DNA of 39,693 nucleotides from NCBI GenBank assembly GCA_045643425.1, contig JAZUKW010000085.1, positions 1 to 39,693 of the forward strand, in the 5' to 3' direction. Numbering within the stretch: position 1 is the stretch's first letter; each line of letters opens with the position of its first letter. The notes under the pieces are model-generated. The model had not been told where the DNA came from and searched no databases. It worked only from the letters and a program-made list of their open reading frames with translations. The translations under genes and the position numbers were made by a program. Of this stretch, positions 1 through 8,519 are shown piece after piece. This DNA comes from Acutalibacteraceae bacterium (lineage in GTDB: Bacteria; Bacillota; Clostridia; Oscillospirales; Acutalibacteraceae).

Positions 1-720
1 GGCGTAGTTCATCACCCACACGTTCCACGCTTTCGGCTGGCTGATAACAAAGCCGCTGCCGTTGTCGGTGATTTCGGTGGTGTCGGATTCGTCCGAGCCG
101 TTGGTGATGACCGCAATCAAGTCAATACCGGCGCTCTCCGCCACCTCTTTGGGTGCGGGCGGCTCGGTGGGCGCTTTGGACGGCGCGGGATCGGGCGTCA
201 TCGGCGTGCCGCTCGTGCAAACGAGCGCGCAGGTGCGGATGTCGATACCGTTGCCGAGAACGCCGATACGGCCGTTGTCGCCGATTTGGGCGCGATCGAG
301 CTCGAGCGTGCCGCTGTACGTGCCGCCCGGGATGGAGTAGACGCCGCCTTCACCGAGCTCGGCGGCAGCGCCCGCCAGCTCTTTCGAGATGGGGTTGTTC
401 CAGCCGTTGATCGTGAACTGCACGTTCGTGCCGGCCGCGACGGTCATATCGTACACAAGATACAATTTTTCGCCGGCTTCGGGGGCGAAATCCGCCACCT
501 CGTCGGTCCAATAGGAGACCCAGGCTTTCCAGCCGCCGGTGCCGGGAATGCTGACACCACCCATGCCGTCTGTGGGGAGTTCTTGGGTTTCGGTCGCACC
601 GTCCACGACAACGCCGAGGAGCGGCACACTACGTTGTGCGCCGGTATCGGCCAACGACACAACGCTCACAAGGCTCAACAGAAGAGCGCAAGTGAGCAGG
701 ATACTGAATACTTTCTTCAA
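1..720 (-). CDS. secreted protein of unknown function, N-terminal part only (gene runs off the window start)
   Basis: Absent from the ORF track (no stop in window). The reverse frame is open from 720 to 1. A TTG at 718-720 is preceded by a GAAGGA RBS. The N-terminus (M)KKVFSILLTCALLLSLVSVVSLA/DTGAQ looks like a Sec signal peptide, and a Pro-rich linker TPMTPDPAPSKAPTEPPAPK follows later. No family recognised by eye. Confidence 0.6.
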   Translation of the reverse strand, partial: MKKVFSILLTCALLLSLVSVVSLADTGAQRSVPLLGVVVDGATETQELPTDGMGGVSIPGTGGWKAWVSYWTDEVADFAPEAGEKLYLVYDMTVAAGTNVQFTINGWNNPISKELAGAAAELGEGGVYSIPGGTYSGTLELDRAQIGDNGRIGVLGNGIDIRTCALVCTSGTPMTPDPAPSKAPTEPPAPKEVAESAGIDLIAVITNGSDESDTTEITDNGSGFVISQPKAWNVWVMNYA

Positions 721-785
721 TTTCGTTTCCTTCTTTCTCTTTTCGTCCCGGGTTCTCGATTTGTTAAAAATCCCTTATGTCTTTA

Positions 786-814
786 AGTATAACAATTCGC
801 GCCGAAAGTGTCAA
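786..814 (-). promoter_or_regulatory. sigma-A type promoter candidate for the secreted-protein gene
   Basis: Minus strand reads TTGACA (809-814), a 17-nt spacer, then TATACT (786-791), about 65 nt upstream of the TTG start. Confidence 0.45.
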
Positions 815-955
815 CCTATCGCGGACACTTTTTTCTGGAAATGCATCATTATTTATATACAAAACGGACAAACTGTATAAAATCTTGCACTTTTCGGTCG
901 TGGATGTGTATAAGAAAGCGAAAAGTGTAAACTCTCTGTAAAAGCAGAAAACGAC

Positions 956-1028
956 AAAGAAAAACCCGAAGCCGCGGCTTCGGGGATCGGTTACAGCAAA
1001 AAAGGACTTGCCGAAAGACAAGTCCTTT
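956..1028 (-). terminator. two tandem intrinsic terminators downstream of ssrA
   Basis: Minus-strand hairpins are GGACTTGtctttcggCAAGTCC followed by TTTTTT (997-1026) and CCCGAAGCcgcgGCTTCGGG followed by TTTTTCTTT (956-984). Confidence 0.75.
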
Positions 1029-1036
1029 TCTTGTTT

Positions 1037-1384
1037 TGGTGGAGGCGGCGAGAATCGAACTCGCGTCCGAAAATCCATCCCCACGGCTTTCTCCGAGTGC
1101 AGTTTTTCTTTTAGGATTCCCCTCGCAAACCGCCGAAAAACAGGCTGTTTGTTACGGTAGCCGCTGCGTCATGACGGAAAAGGCGGCACTTCCCCGTTCA
1201 CGTGCACCGCTCATCGACGCCCTTACCGAAGTCGCGGTAGTCTTCGGCAGGACGGGGGCCTAATTAGGCCGCCAACGCAACAGGAGTGTTGTCGTTTACT
1301 TTTAAGGTTGCGGATTTTATAGCGGTTCCGCACCGCTACTCGCTTACCGTAGATCCAAATCCCCGTCGAAACCTTTACGCCCCC
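1037..1384 (-). ncRNA. ssrA: tmRNA (transfer-messenger RNA)
   Basis: The minus strand begins GGGGGCGTAAAGGTTTCGACGGGGATTTGG. It ends with a tRNA-like T-arm and acceptor, GGACGCGAGTTCGATTCTCGCCGCCTCCACCA. The internal tag frame AAC GAC AAC ACT CCT GTT GCG TTG GCG GCC TAA encodes ...NDNTPVALAA*. It lies directly after smpB. Confidence 0.92.
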
Positions 1385-1390
1385 GGATCT

Positions 1391-1867
1391 TTAAATCTCT
1401 TTGTTCTTCAGCGCGCGCTCCGCCTCGCGGTTCATATCCCGCTTGGCAGCCACCTCGCGCTTGTCATACAGCTTTTTGCCGCGGCATACGCCAACCTGCA
1501 CCTTGACGCGCGAATTTTTGAAATACAGCGACAACGGCACAAGCGTATAGCCCTTTTGCTTCGTCTGCCCGAGCAGCCGCATGATCTCTTTTTTGTGTAA
1601 CAGCAAGCGGCGCACGCGCATCGGATCGCGGTTGAAAATGTTGCCCTGCTCATAGGGGCTTATGTGCATATTGCAGACGAAAATCTCGCCGTCGTCGATA
1701 CTGCACCACGCGTCCTTTAAGTTGCAGGCGCCTTTTCGCAGCGATTTGACCTCGGTGCCGAACAGCTCGATACCGGCTTCGAGACTCTCCTCCACAAAAT
1801 ATTCGTGATAGGCCTTTTTGTTTTGGGCAATGGTTTTGGTGTTTGCTTTTTCGCTCATCTTCGCCAC
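1391..1867 (-). CDS. smpB: SsrA-binding protein SmpB
   Basis: Track ORF of 158 aa. The segment [32 protein letters not shown] and the basic C-terminal tail are typical of SmpB. It is adjacent to tmRNA. Confidence 0.95.
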   Translation of the reverse strand: MAKMSEKANTKTIAQNKKAYHEYFVEESLEAGIELFGTEVKSLRKGACNLKDAWCSIDDGEIFVCNMHISPYEQGNIFNRDPMRVRRLLLHKKEIMRLLGQTKQKGYTLVPLSLYFKNSRVKVQVGVCRGKKLYDKREVAAKRDMNREAERALKNKEI

Positions 1868-1872
1868 CGCCC

Positions 1873-2472
1873 TTAAATCACGTTGCGCCCTTCGAGCGCA
1901 TGACGCAGCGTTACGTCGTCGGCGTATTCGAGATCGCCGCCCACCGGGATACCGTAAGCGAGCCGCGTCACCTTAATGCCGAACGGCGCAAGCAGCTTGG
2001 CGATATAGGTGGCGGTCACTTCGCCGTCCACCGTCGGGTTGGTCGCCATCACCACTTCCTCGATGTCCTCGTTCGCCACGCGATGTAAAAGCTCTTTGAT
2101 GCGAAGCTGCTCCGGCGTAACGCCGTCCATCGGCGAAAGATTGCCGTGAAGCACGTGATACAGACCTTTATACTCCCGACCGCGCTCCAGCGCCATCACG
2201 TCGCGCGGATCCGCCACCACGCAAATGGTCTTGCGGTCGCGGGTGGGATCGTCGCAAATGGGACAGACCTCGCGGTCGGTCAGGTGACAGCACGTTTTGC
2301 ATTCATGGACGTTCTCGCGGGCATCCCGCAAAGCGTCCACAAACGCTTCGGCGCGCTCATCCGGCAACGAGAGAAGATAAAACGCCAATCTCTGTGCCGA
2401 TTTTTGGCCGATCGCCGGCCATTTTCCCAATTGTTCCACAAGCCGCTGCAGCGGCGCTGCCATAGAAGACAT
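1873..2472 (-). CDS. recR: recombination protein RecR
   Basis: Track ORF of 199 aa. It has the helix-hairpin-helix segment [13 protein letters not shown], a Cys4 zinc finger ([16 protein letters not shown]) and a Toprim region. It sits in the conserved dnaX-ybaB-recR order. Confidence 0.95.
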   Translation of the reverse strand: MSSMAAPLQRLVEQLGKWPAIGQKSAQRLAFYLLSLPDERAEAFVDALRDARENVHECKTCCHLTDREVCPICDDPTRDRKTICVVADPRDVMALERGREYKGLYHVLHGNLSPMDGVTPEQLRIKELLHRVANEDIEEVVMATNPTVDGEVTATYIAKLLAPFGIKVTRLAYGIPVGGDLEYADDVTLRHALEGRNVI

Positions 2473-2511
2473 CGGTTCTATCTCCTTTCCTGTCGTTGTG
2501 TGTATCGGTTA

Positions 2512-2862
2512 TCAGAACAAGCCCGGAATGTTCATGCCGCCGGTGATCTTGCCCATGGATTCCTCCGAATCCTCCGCCGCTTTGCGGATCGACTCGTTGA
2601 CCGCCGCGATCACCAGATCGGACAGCATCTCCACGTCGTCGGGATCCACCACTTCGGGGTCAATGTTCAAGGTGGTCAGCTCGTGGCGACCGTTCACCAC
2701 CGCCGTCACCGTGCCGCCGCCGACCGTCGCGGAATACTCGCGCTCGTTCAGCTCCTCTTGCAGCGACTGCATATCCGCCTGCATCTTCTGCGCCTGGTGG
2801 ATCATTCCCTGCATATTGTTGGGGCCTCCGCGGCCCACACCTTGCGGTAATCTTGCTTTCAT
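2512..2862 (-). CDS. ybaB: nucleoid-associated protein YbaB/EbfC
   Basis: Track ORF of 116 aa. The segment NMQGMIHQAQKMQADMQSLQEEL is typical of the family. It lies between dnaX and recR. Confidence 0.92.
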   Translation of the reverse strand: MKARLPQGVGRGGPNNMQGMIHQAQKMQADMQSLQEELNEREYSATVGGGTVTAVVNGRHELTTLNIDPEVVDPDDVEMLSDLVIAAVNESIRKAAEDSEESMGKITGGMNIPGLF

Positions 2863-2863
2863 G

Positions 2864-4588
2864 TTAGGTTTCCTCCTTCACGTTGACGTCAATGCCGGCA
2901 TCCCGGCTGTTGCGTAAAAAGGCGGACAGCGCACTCTCCGGCTCGTTGGCCGCAGGGGCGGGCGCCGCCGTTTTTTTAATGCCCAATCGGTACACGCGCC
3001 CGGTGATTTTTTGAATGGCATCCACCAGCTTTTGGCGGTTGCCGTCGCTCTTCACCAGGGTGCGGAACATCCCGTTTTCGGTCGAGATCAGCACCATATC
3101 GTCGCGGATCACTGCGGTGCTGTCCATCAGCACGCCGAACAGCGGCATCGCCGTGACCTGCAGCTCGTCCAGCACGTCCTCCCACGCGGTAAAGGGGATC
3201 TCCCCCGCAGCGGGAACGGCCGCCGGCTTCGGCGCAGGGACAGGTGCGGGAGCGGGCTCCGGGGTCGGCTCCGGCAGGGGGGCCGCCGCGACCGGCGCGT
3301 CTTCCGCCCACGGAGGCGTATCCTCCTCGGCCGCCACGGGTGACGGTACGGGCTTTTCGGGCGCGGACGCAGGCTTTTCGGGAGCAGGTGTCGGTGCGGG
3401 TGCAGGCGTCGGCGCTGCGGGTGCAGACGTCGTTGCAACCGCGCCCGTCGCGATCGCTTTTTCCAGCGCCGCCACACGGCGGGCAAGCGCCGCCGCTCCG
3501 GTATCCAGCGCCGGCTCGCACAGCTTGAGAAGCGCCATTTCCATTTCCACACGGCGGTTCGCGCCGCCGCGCATCCGCTCCTGGGCCGCCTGCAACACGT
3601 CAAGCGCGTGCATCAGCCCCTCCAGCGTATATTCCTCTGCTTCCGCTTTCAGGCGGTTCATTTCGTCCGGCGGCAACACGATCATCGCCGACGGATCTTT
3701 CACCTGCTTGCACAGCATCAGCTGGCGGTAAAAATCCAAACATTCGACGCACAGCCGCTCCATATCCTTGGAGGCGGTGTGCAGCGCGTCCACCCATTCG
3801 AGCACCGCGCCGCCTTTTTGACCGCGCACCGCTTCGGACAGCGCATACATCGGGTCGCGCCCGGCAAGGCCGGCCGTTTCGGTCACGACCTGCATCGTAA
3901 CGTCATCGGCTCGGGAGACGCACCGATCCAAAAGCGACAGTGCGTCGCGCATACCGCCGTCCGCCAGCCGCGCGAGCATCAGCGCCGCATCCGGCTCCAC
4001 CGAAAACGGCTCGTTTTCGGCAATGTGGGCGATCCGCTCGGCGATCTTTTCCGGCGCGATGCGCCCGAAATCAAACCGCTGACAGCGAGACTGTATCGTA
4101 TCCAAAAGCTTATGTACTTCGGTGGTGGCGAGAATAAAGATCACGTGCGCGGGAGGCTCCTCCAGCGTCTTGAGCAACGCGTTAAACGCGTTGTCGGTCA
4201 TCATGTGGACCTCGTCGATGATATAGACGCGGTATTTGGCCATCGCGGGCATATACGCGACCTCTTCCCGCAGCTCGCGGACGTAATCGACACCGTTGTT
4301 CGAGGCAGCGTCCAGCTCGGTCACGTCCAAAATCGAGCCGCTCTCGATGCCGCGGCAGATCTCGCACTCGCCGCAGGGATCGCCGTTGACCGGATGCAGA
4401 CAGTTGACCGCTTTCGCCAAAATTTTGGCACAGGAGGTCTTGCCCGTTCCGCGCGAGCCCACAAACAGATACGCGTGGGAAAGCCTGCCGCCCGCCACCT
4501 CGTTTTTCAGCGCGGTGGTCACGTATTCTTGACCGACAACCTCCGAAAAGGTTTTCGGCCGCCATTTGCGGTATAACACCTGATACAT
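2864..4588 (-). CDS. dnaX: DNA polymerase III subunit gamma/tau
   Basis: The track ORF extends to 4654 (TTG). I prefer the ATG at 4586-4588 (MYQVLYRKWRPKTF...), which is preceded by AAAGGAG. It has the Walker A motif GSRGTGKTS, a Cys zinc module (CGECEIC) and a long Pro/Ala-rich linker. Confidence 0.93.
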   Translation of the reverse strand: MYQVLYRKWRPKTFSEVVGQEYVTTALKNEVAGGRLSHAYLFVGSRGTGKTSCAKILAKAVNCLHPVNGDPCGECEICRGIESGSILDVTELDAASNNGVDYVRELREEVAYMPAMAKYRVYIIDEVHMMTDNAFNALLKTLEEPPAHVIFILATTEVHKLLDTIQSRCQRFDFGRIAPEKIAERIAHIAENEPFSVEPDAALMLARLADGGMRDALSLLDRCVSRADDVTMQVVTETAGLAGRDPMYALSEAVRGQKGGAVLEWVDALHTASKDMERLCVECLDFYRQLMLCKQVKDPSAMIVLPPDEMNRLKAEAEEYTLEGLMHALDVLQAAQERMRGGANRRVEMEMALLKLCEPALDTGAAALARRVAALEKAIATGAVATTSAPAAPTPAPAPTPAPEKPASAPEKPVPSPVAAEEDTPPWAEDAPVAAAPLPEPTPEPAPAPVPAPKPAAVPAAGEIPFTAWEDVLDELQVTAMPLFGVLMDSTAVIRDDMVLISTENGMFRTLVKSDGNRQKLVDAIQKITGRVYRLGIKKTAAPAPAANEPESALSAFLRNSRDAGIDVNVKEET

Positions 4589-4733
4589 TTCCACCGCTCC
4601 TTTCTGAAACTCTGTGGGCACGTCGGGAGTCCCGATCCCTGCAAAATCACCCAAACGGCAGGAGCAAGCCCCTGCCCTACGTCATCCTTTGCGTGCGATC
4701 AAAACCAATCGTCGGCAATCGCCGTAGCCTCTG

Positions 4734-4820
4734 CCGGCTGCGCTCTCGCACAAGAGAGTTAAAATGTGGCGAGCGCGTGGTAGTGACTACCGGCTGCGCT
4801 CTCGCACAAGAGAGTTAAAA
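4734..4820. repeat. perfect 31-nt direct repeat (2 copies, 56-nt period) between SRP RNA and dnaX
   Basis: CCGGCTGCGCTCTCGCACAAGAGAGTTAAAA occurs at 4734-4764 and again at 4790-4820 (plus-strand reading). Each copy contains a CTCTC-N6-GAGAG inverted repeat. Confidence 0.9.
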
Positions 4821-4823
4821 ATA

Positions 4824-4961
4824 CGCCCTCTCGGGTATACGGACGAGTCAGTTACCTGCGGCACACGGAAGCAACCGCTTAATGCTGCTCGGTTCCCCGC
4901 CTGACATGGTTCACAGCGCACCGTCGCACAGGACCAGCCCGCCCGTATACCCCAAAGGGCG
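4824..4961 (-). ncRNA. ffs: signal recognition particle RNA (core; true ends uncertain)
   Basis: The minus strand carries the domain IV signature ACCATGTCAGGCGGGGAACCGAGCAGCATTAAGCGGTTGC (GGAA tetraloop). The closing helix pairs CGCCCTTTGGGGTATACGG with CCGTATACCCGAGAGGGCG. It sits upstream of dnaX, as in Bacillus. The transcript probably starts near 4985. Confidence 0.8.
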
Positions 4962-4991
4962 TTTTCAGCGGCATCCGCCGCATACACGTAT

Positions 4992-5020
4992 AGTATATCC
5001 TATTTTCGCCGATATTGCAA
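4992..5020 (-). promoter_or_regulatory. sigma-A promoter candidate for SRP RNA
   Basis: Minus strand reads TTGCAA (5015-5020), a 17-nt spacer, then TATACT (4992-4997), preceded by an A/T-rich tract. Confidence 0.55.
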
Positions 5021-5104
5021 CCCTTTTTTTATTTTTCGCGTGGCGCCGTACCACTTTCGGGACGTTGTTTTCGCGAATGTTCCGCCGCATTCGACACCGA
5101 ACGC

Positions 5105-5135
5105 GAAAAAAGGGCAACGGCGTATGCCGCTGCCC
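5105..5135 (-). terminator. intrinsic terminator after rplQ
   Basis: Minus strand reads GGGCAGCGGCatacGCCGTTGCCC followed by TTTTTT. Confidence 0.8.
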
Positions 5136-5148
5136 TTTTGAACGTACC

Positions 5149-5490
5149 TCAGATGAGTTCCAAAATCGCCATCTCGGCGGCGTCGCCGCGGCGAGCGCCG
5201 GTTTTGATGATGCGGGCGTAACCGCCTTTGCGATCCGCGTACTTCGGCGCGATATCGTCAAACAGCTTCTTCGCCACGTCTTCTTTGGTGACGAACGCCA
5301 TCACCTGGCGTTTGTGAGCCAAAGTCGGCTCCTTCGCGATGGTGATGAACTTCTCCGCCAACGCTTTCACGTCTTTGGCGCGAGTCACGGTCGTCTCGAT
5401 GCGGCCGTTCTCGAACAGGAACGTCACTTGCGCGCGCAGCATCGCCATACGGCAGTCGCTGGCACGACCGAGTTTACGGGTTCCGGGCAT
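5149..5490 (-). CDS. rplQ: 50S ribosomal protein L17
   Basis: Track ORF of 113 aa starting [19 protein letters not shown]... It follows rpoA. Confidence 0.97.
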   Translation of the reverse strand: MPGTRKLGRASDCRMAMLRAQVTFLFENGRIETTVTRAKDVKALAEKFITIAKEPTLAHKRQVMAFVTKEDVAKKLFDDIAPKYADRKGGYARIIKTGARRGDAAEMAILELI

Positions 5491-5527
5491 AGTGTATTCA
5501 CTCCTTACAAATTACTCGTTAAACGTC

Positions 5528-6481
5528 TTAGTCCTCTTCGGAACGCAGGGCCAAGCCCAGCGAATCCAGCTTGTGGATGACTTCTTCCAGGGATTTGCGG
5601 CCCAGGTTACGGACCTTCATCATATCCTCTTCGGATTTCTGGATCAGGTCTTCCACGGTGTTGATCCCCGCCCGTTTCAGGCAGTTGAACGAGCGCACCG
5701 ACAGATCAAGATCTTCGATGGTCGTCTCCAGGATCTTCTCCTTGCCGTTATCGTCTTTCTCGACCATGATCGAGCTGCCCGCATAGGTGTCGCCGGACAG
5801 ATCAACGAACAGGTTGAGGTGATCCGTCAGCACTTTCGCCGACAGGGAAACGGCTTCTTTCGCCGAGATGGTGCCATTCGTCCACACCTCGATGGTCAGC
5901 TTGTCGTAGTCGGTGATTTGGCCGACACGCGTGTTTTCCACCGTGTAGTTGACTTTACGGACCGGCGAATAGTAGGAATCGATCGGAATAACGCCGATCA
6001 CCGGCGCGAGCAATTGCTTGTTGCGCTCGGAGGAGATGTACCCGCGACCCTTGTCGATGGTGATTTCCATAGACAGGCGGCCGCCCTCGCCGATCGTGGC
6101 GATATACACGTCCTCGTCGAGGATCTCCACCTCGCTGTCGTGCTTGATGTCGGCAGCGGTAACGGTTTTGGAACCCTCTTCTTCAATGTAGACGGTTTTC
6201 GGGCCGTCGCCATTGATTTTCATGATCAGTCCTTTGATGTTGAGGACGATCTCCGTCACGTCCTCTTTCACGCCCTCAATGGTCGAGAACTCGTGAAGGA
6301 TGCCGTCGATTTTCACCGACGTCACCGCGACGCCCGGCAGGGACGACAAAAGGACACGGCGCAAGCTGTTGCCGAGGGTGGAACCATAACCGCGCTCCAG
6401 CGGCTCCACCGTGAATTTGCCGTAAGAGCCGTCTTCGGTCAGGTCAAGAACCTCAATTCTCGGCTTCTCAATCTCAATCAT
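5528..6481 (-). CDS. rpoA: DNA-directed RNA polymerase subunit alpha
   Basis: Track ORF of 317 aa. The N-terminus is [11 protein letters not shown]...[13 protein letters not shown]. The C-terminal domain contains [16 protein letters not shown]. Confidence 0.97.
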   Translation of the reverse strand: MIEIEKPRIEVLDLTEDGSYGKFTVEPLERGYGSTLGNSLRRVLLSSLPGVAVTSVKIDGILHEFSTIEGVKEDVTEIVLNIKGLIMKINGDGPKTVYIEEEGSKTVTAADIKHDSEVEILDEDVYIATIGEGGRLSMEITIDKGRGYISSERNKQLLAPVIGVIPIDSYYSPVRKVNYTVENTRVGQITDYDKLTIEVWTNGTISAKEAVSLSAKVLTDHLNLFVDLSGDTYAGSSIMVEKDDNGKEKILETTIEDLDLSVRSFNCLKRAGINTVEDLIQKSEEDMMKVRNLGRKSLEEVIHKLDSLGLALRSEED

Positions 6482-6549
6482 GCAAAAGCCTCCTTTTCAA
6501 AATGTGAATGTTCAAACAACGGTATATTGCGCAAGAACAGGGGACACGC

Positions 6550-7176
6550 TTATTTCGAGTACAACTCGACGATGAGCGTCTCCTCGATCGGAAGATCGAT
6601 GTCCTCGCGAGTCGCCATGGCAACAACTTTCGCTTCGGAAGTCTGCTTGTTGAGATCCAGCCACTTCGGAACAGGACGGGACGCGGTGGTCTCGAGGATG
6701 CCCTTCACCAGCGTCAGGCTGCGGCTCTCCTCTTTCAGCGCGATGGTCTGGCCCGGCTTGACGAGGTAGGACGGAATGTTCACCTTTTTGCCGTCAACCG
6801 TCACGTGGCCGTGCAGCACAAGCTGACGAGCCTGGGCGCGGGAAGAACCGTAGCCGAGGCGATACGCCACGTTGTCCAAACGGGATTCCAGAATGGAGAG
6901 CAGGTTTTCACCCGTAACGCCCTGCATTTTGTTGGCTTTCTCAAAATACGTACGGAATTGGCTCTCCAGAACGCCGTAGTAGCGTTTGGCGAACTGCTTG
7001 GTACGCAGCTGTTTGCCGTACTCGGAAACCTTTTTGCGGCCCTGACCGTGTTGGCCCGGGGCATAGGCGCGACGCTCAAGAGCGCATTTCTTCGTATAGC
7101 AGCGTTCCCCTTTCAGGAACAGTTTTTGTCCTTCGCGGCGGCACAGACGGCACACCGCACCGGTATATCTAGCCAT
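6550..7176 (-). CDS. rpsD: 30S ribosomal protein S4
   Basis: Track ORF of 208 aa starting [26 protein letters not shown]. Confidence 0.97.
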   Translation of the reverse strand: MARYTGAVCRLCRREGQKLFLKGERCYTKKCALERRAYAPGQHGQGRKKVSEYGKQLRTKQFAKRYYGVLESQFRTYFEKANKMQGVTGENLLSILESRLDNVAYRLGYGSSRAQARQLVLHGHVTVDGKKVNIPSYLVKPGQTIALKEESRSLTLVKGILETTASRPVPKWLDLNKQTSEAKVVAMATREDIDLPIEETLIVELYSK

Positions 7177-7191
7177 ATCGTTACACCTCCA

Positions 7192-7599
7192 TTAAACACG
7201 ACGTCTTTTCGGCGGACGGCAGCCGTTGTGCGGCACCGGGGTCACGTCTTTGATGAGCGTGATCTCGAGGCCGGCGGCTTGCAGCGCACGGATCGCAGCT
7301 TCGCGACCGGCGCCCGGGCCTTTGACGTACACTTCGATGGTCTTCAGACCGTGTTCCATAGCCGCTTTGGCGGCAGTTTCCGCAGCGGACTGAGCCGCGA
7401 ACGGAGTGGATTTACGCGAACCGCGGAATCCGAGCTCACCGGCAGAAGCCCAGGACAACGTGTTGCCCTGCGTGTCGGTCAGCGTGACAATGGTGTTGTT
7501 GAACGTAGACTGGATATGCGCGGCTCCACGCTCGATGTTTTTGCGTTCTTTGCGACGATGGGTAGCACCCTTACGCGCAGCAGTTTTGGCAGCAGCCAT
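7192..7599 (-). CDS. rpsK: 30S ribosomal protein S11
   Basis: Track ORF of 135 aa containing [18 protein letters not shown]. Confidence 0.97.
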   Translation of the reverse strand: MAAAKTAARKGATHRRKERKNIERGAAHIQSTFNNTIVTLTDTQGNTLSWASAGELGFRGSRKSTPFAAQSAAETAAKAAMEHGLKTIEVYVKGPGAGREAAIRALQAAGLEITLIKDVTPVPHNGCRPPKRRRV

Positions 7600-7616
7600 T
7601 TCAATATCCCTCCTAC

Positions 7617-7985
7617 TTATTTCTTCTTATTCGCGATGGTTTTCTTCGGACCTTTGCGGGTACGAGCGTTGGTCTTGGAACGCTGACCACGCACCGGCAG
7701 GCCTTTGCGGTGACGAAGACCGCGATAGCTGCCGATCTCGATGAGGCGTTTGATGTCTTCCGCCACCTCGCGGCGGAGGTCACCTTCCACGCTGTAGTTG
7801 TTTTCGATGTACTCGCGGAGTTTGGAAGCATCATCCTCGGACAGATCGCGAACACGGATGTCCGGGTCAATGCCGGTAGCGGCAAGGATGTCGCTAGCCG
7901 ATTTGCGGCCGATACCGAAAATGTAGGTAAGGCCGATTTCAATACGTTTATCTCTGGGCAGGTCTACGCCGGCGATACGCGCCAT
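7617..7985 (-). CDS. rpsM: 30S ribosomal protein S13
   Basis: Track ORF of 122 aa starting [26 protein letters not shown]. Confidence 0.97.
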   Translation of the reverse strand: MARIAGVDLPRDKRIEIGLTYIFGIGRKSASDILAATGIDPDIRVRDLSEDDASKLREYIENNYSVEGDLRREVAEDIKRLIEIGSYRGLRHRKGLPVRGQRSKTNARTRKGPKKTIANKKK

Positions 7986-8044
7986 AATACTTTCCTTCCT
8001 TTCATGGAGCGGCTTTGCGCTCCGTCATAAGCTGCGCAGGGCCA

Positions 8045-8158
8045 TTAGCCTTGGCGCTGTTTGTGTTTCGGGTTTTCACAAATGACCATCACTTTGCCTT
8101 TGCGCTTGATGATCTTGCATTTCTCGCAGATTTTCTTCACAGAAGGTCTGACTTTCAT
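8045..8158 (-). CDS. rpmJ: 50S ribosomal protein L36
   Basis: Too short for the ORF track. The minus strand has an ATG at 8156-8158 after a GAGGAGG RBS. It encodes [37 protein letters not shown] (37 aa, Cys/His zinc form). Confidence 0.93.
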   Translation of the reverse strand: MKVRPSVKKICEKCKIIKRKGKVMVICENPKHKQRQG

Positions 8159-8246
8159 AAAAAATACCTCCTCTGCATCCAAAAGGGATGCGGTCTGTTG
8201 GCTTTCCCTGCAGGGAAAGACGGCCGATTCTCGCGCGAGGCGAAAA

Positions 8247-8465
8247 TCACTTGCTTCTCCAGGTAATGCGGCCCTTCGTCAGATCGTAAGGCGACATTTC
8301 CATCGTCACCTTATCGCCCGGCAGAATACGGATAAAGTTCGTCCGCAGTTTACCGGAGATGTGGGCTAATACCTTGTGGCCATTGGCCAGCTCGACTTGG
8401 AACGTGGCGTTGGGCAGAGCTTCCACAACGACGCCTTCCACTTCGATAACGTCCGCCTTGGACAT
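8247..8465 (-). CDS. infA: translation initiation factor IF-1
   Basis: Track ORF of 72 aa starting [30 protein letters not shown]. Confidence 0.97.
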   Translation of the reverse strand: MSKADVIEVEGVVVEALPNATFQVELANGHKVLAHISGKLRTNFIRILPGDKVTMEMSPYDLTKGRITWRSK

Positions 8466-8519
8466 TCGACAACCTCCTTTAATCTTGACGGCGGTTCCTC
8501 CGCCGGTACGGCAACTTCG

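Noticed and set aside
2971-2977. An A7 run (minus strand ATT AAA AAA ACG) in dnaX, considered as a programmed frameshift site like the E. coli gamma/tau site.
   Set aside because: It lies about 40 codons from the 3' end, so slippage would not generate a gamma-like product. No downstream stimulatory hairpin is evident. It is most likely just Lys-Lys codons.
2976-3530. GC-rich, apparently repetitive DNA in dnaX (repeated CCGGCGCC and GCAGG-type strings).
   Set aside because: It encodes the Pro/Ala-rich inter-domain linker of tau (APAPTPAPEKP...), which is low-complexity coding sequence. It is not a mobile or regulatory repeat.
4734-4820. Possibility that the 31-nt direct repeats are a minimal CRISPR array.
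   Set aside because: There are only two copies, the spacer is 25 nt, no cas genes or leader are present, and the repeats lie inside the SRP-dnaX transcription unit. They are reported as a repeat instead.
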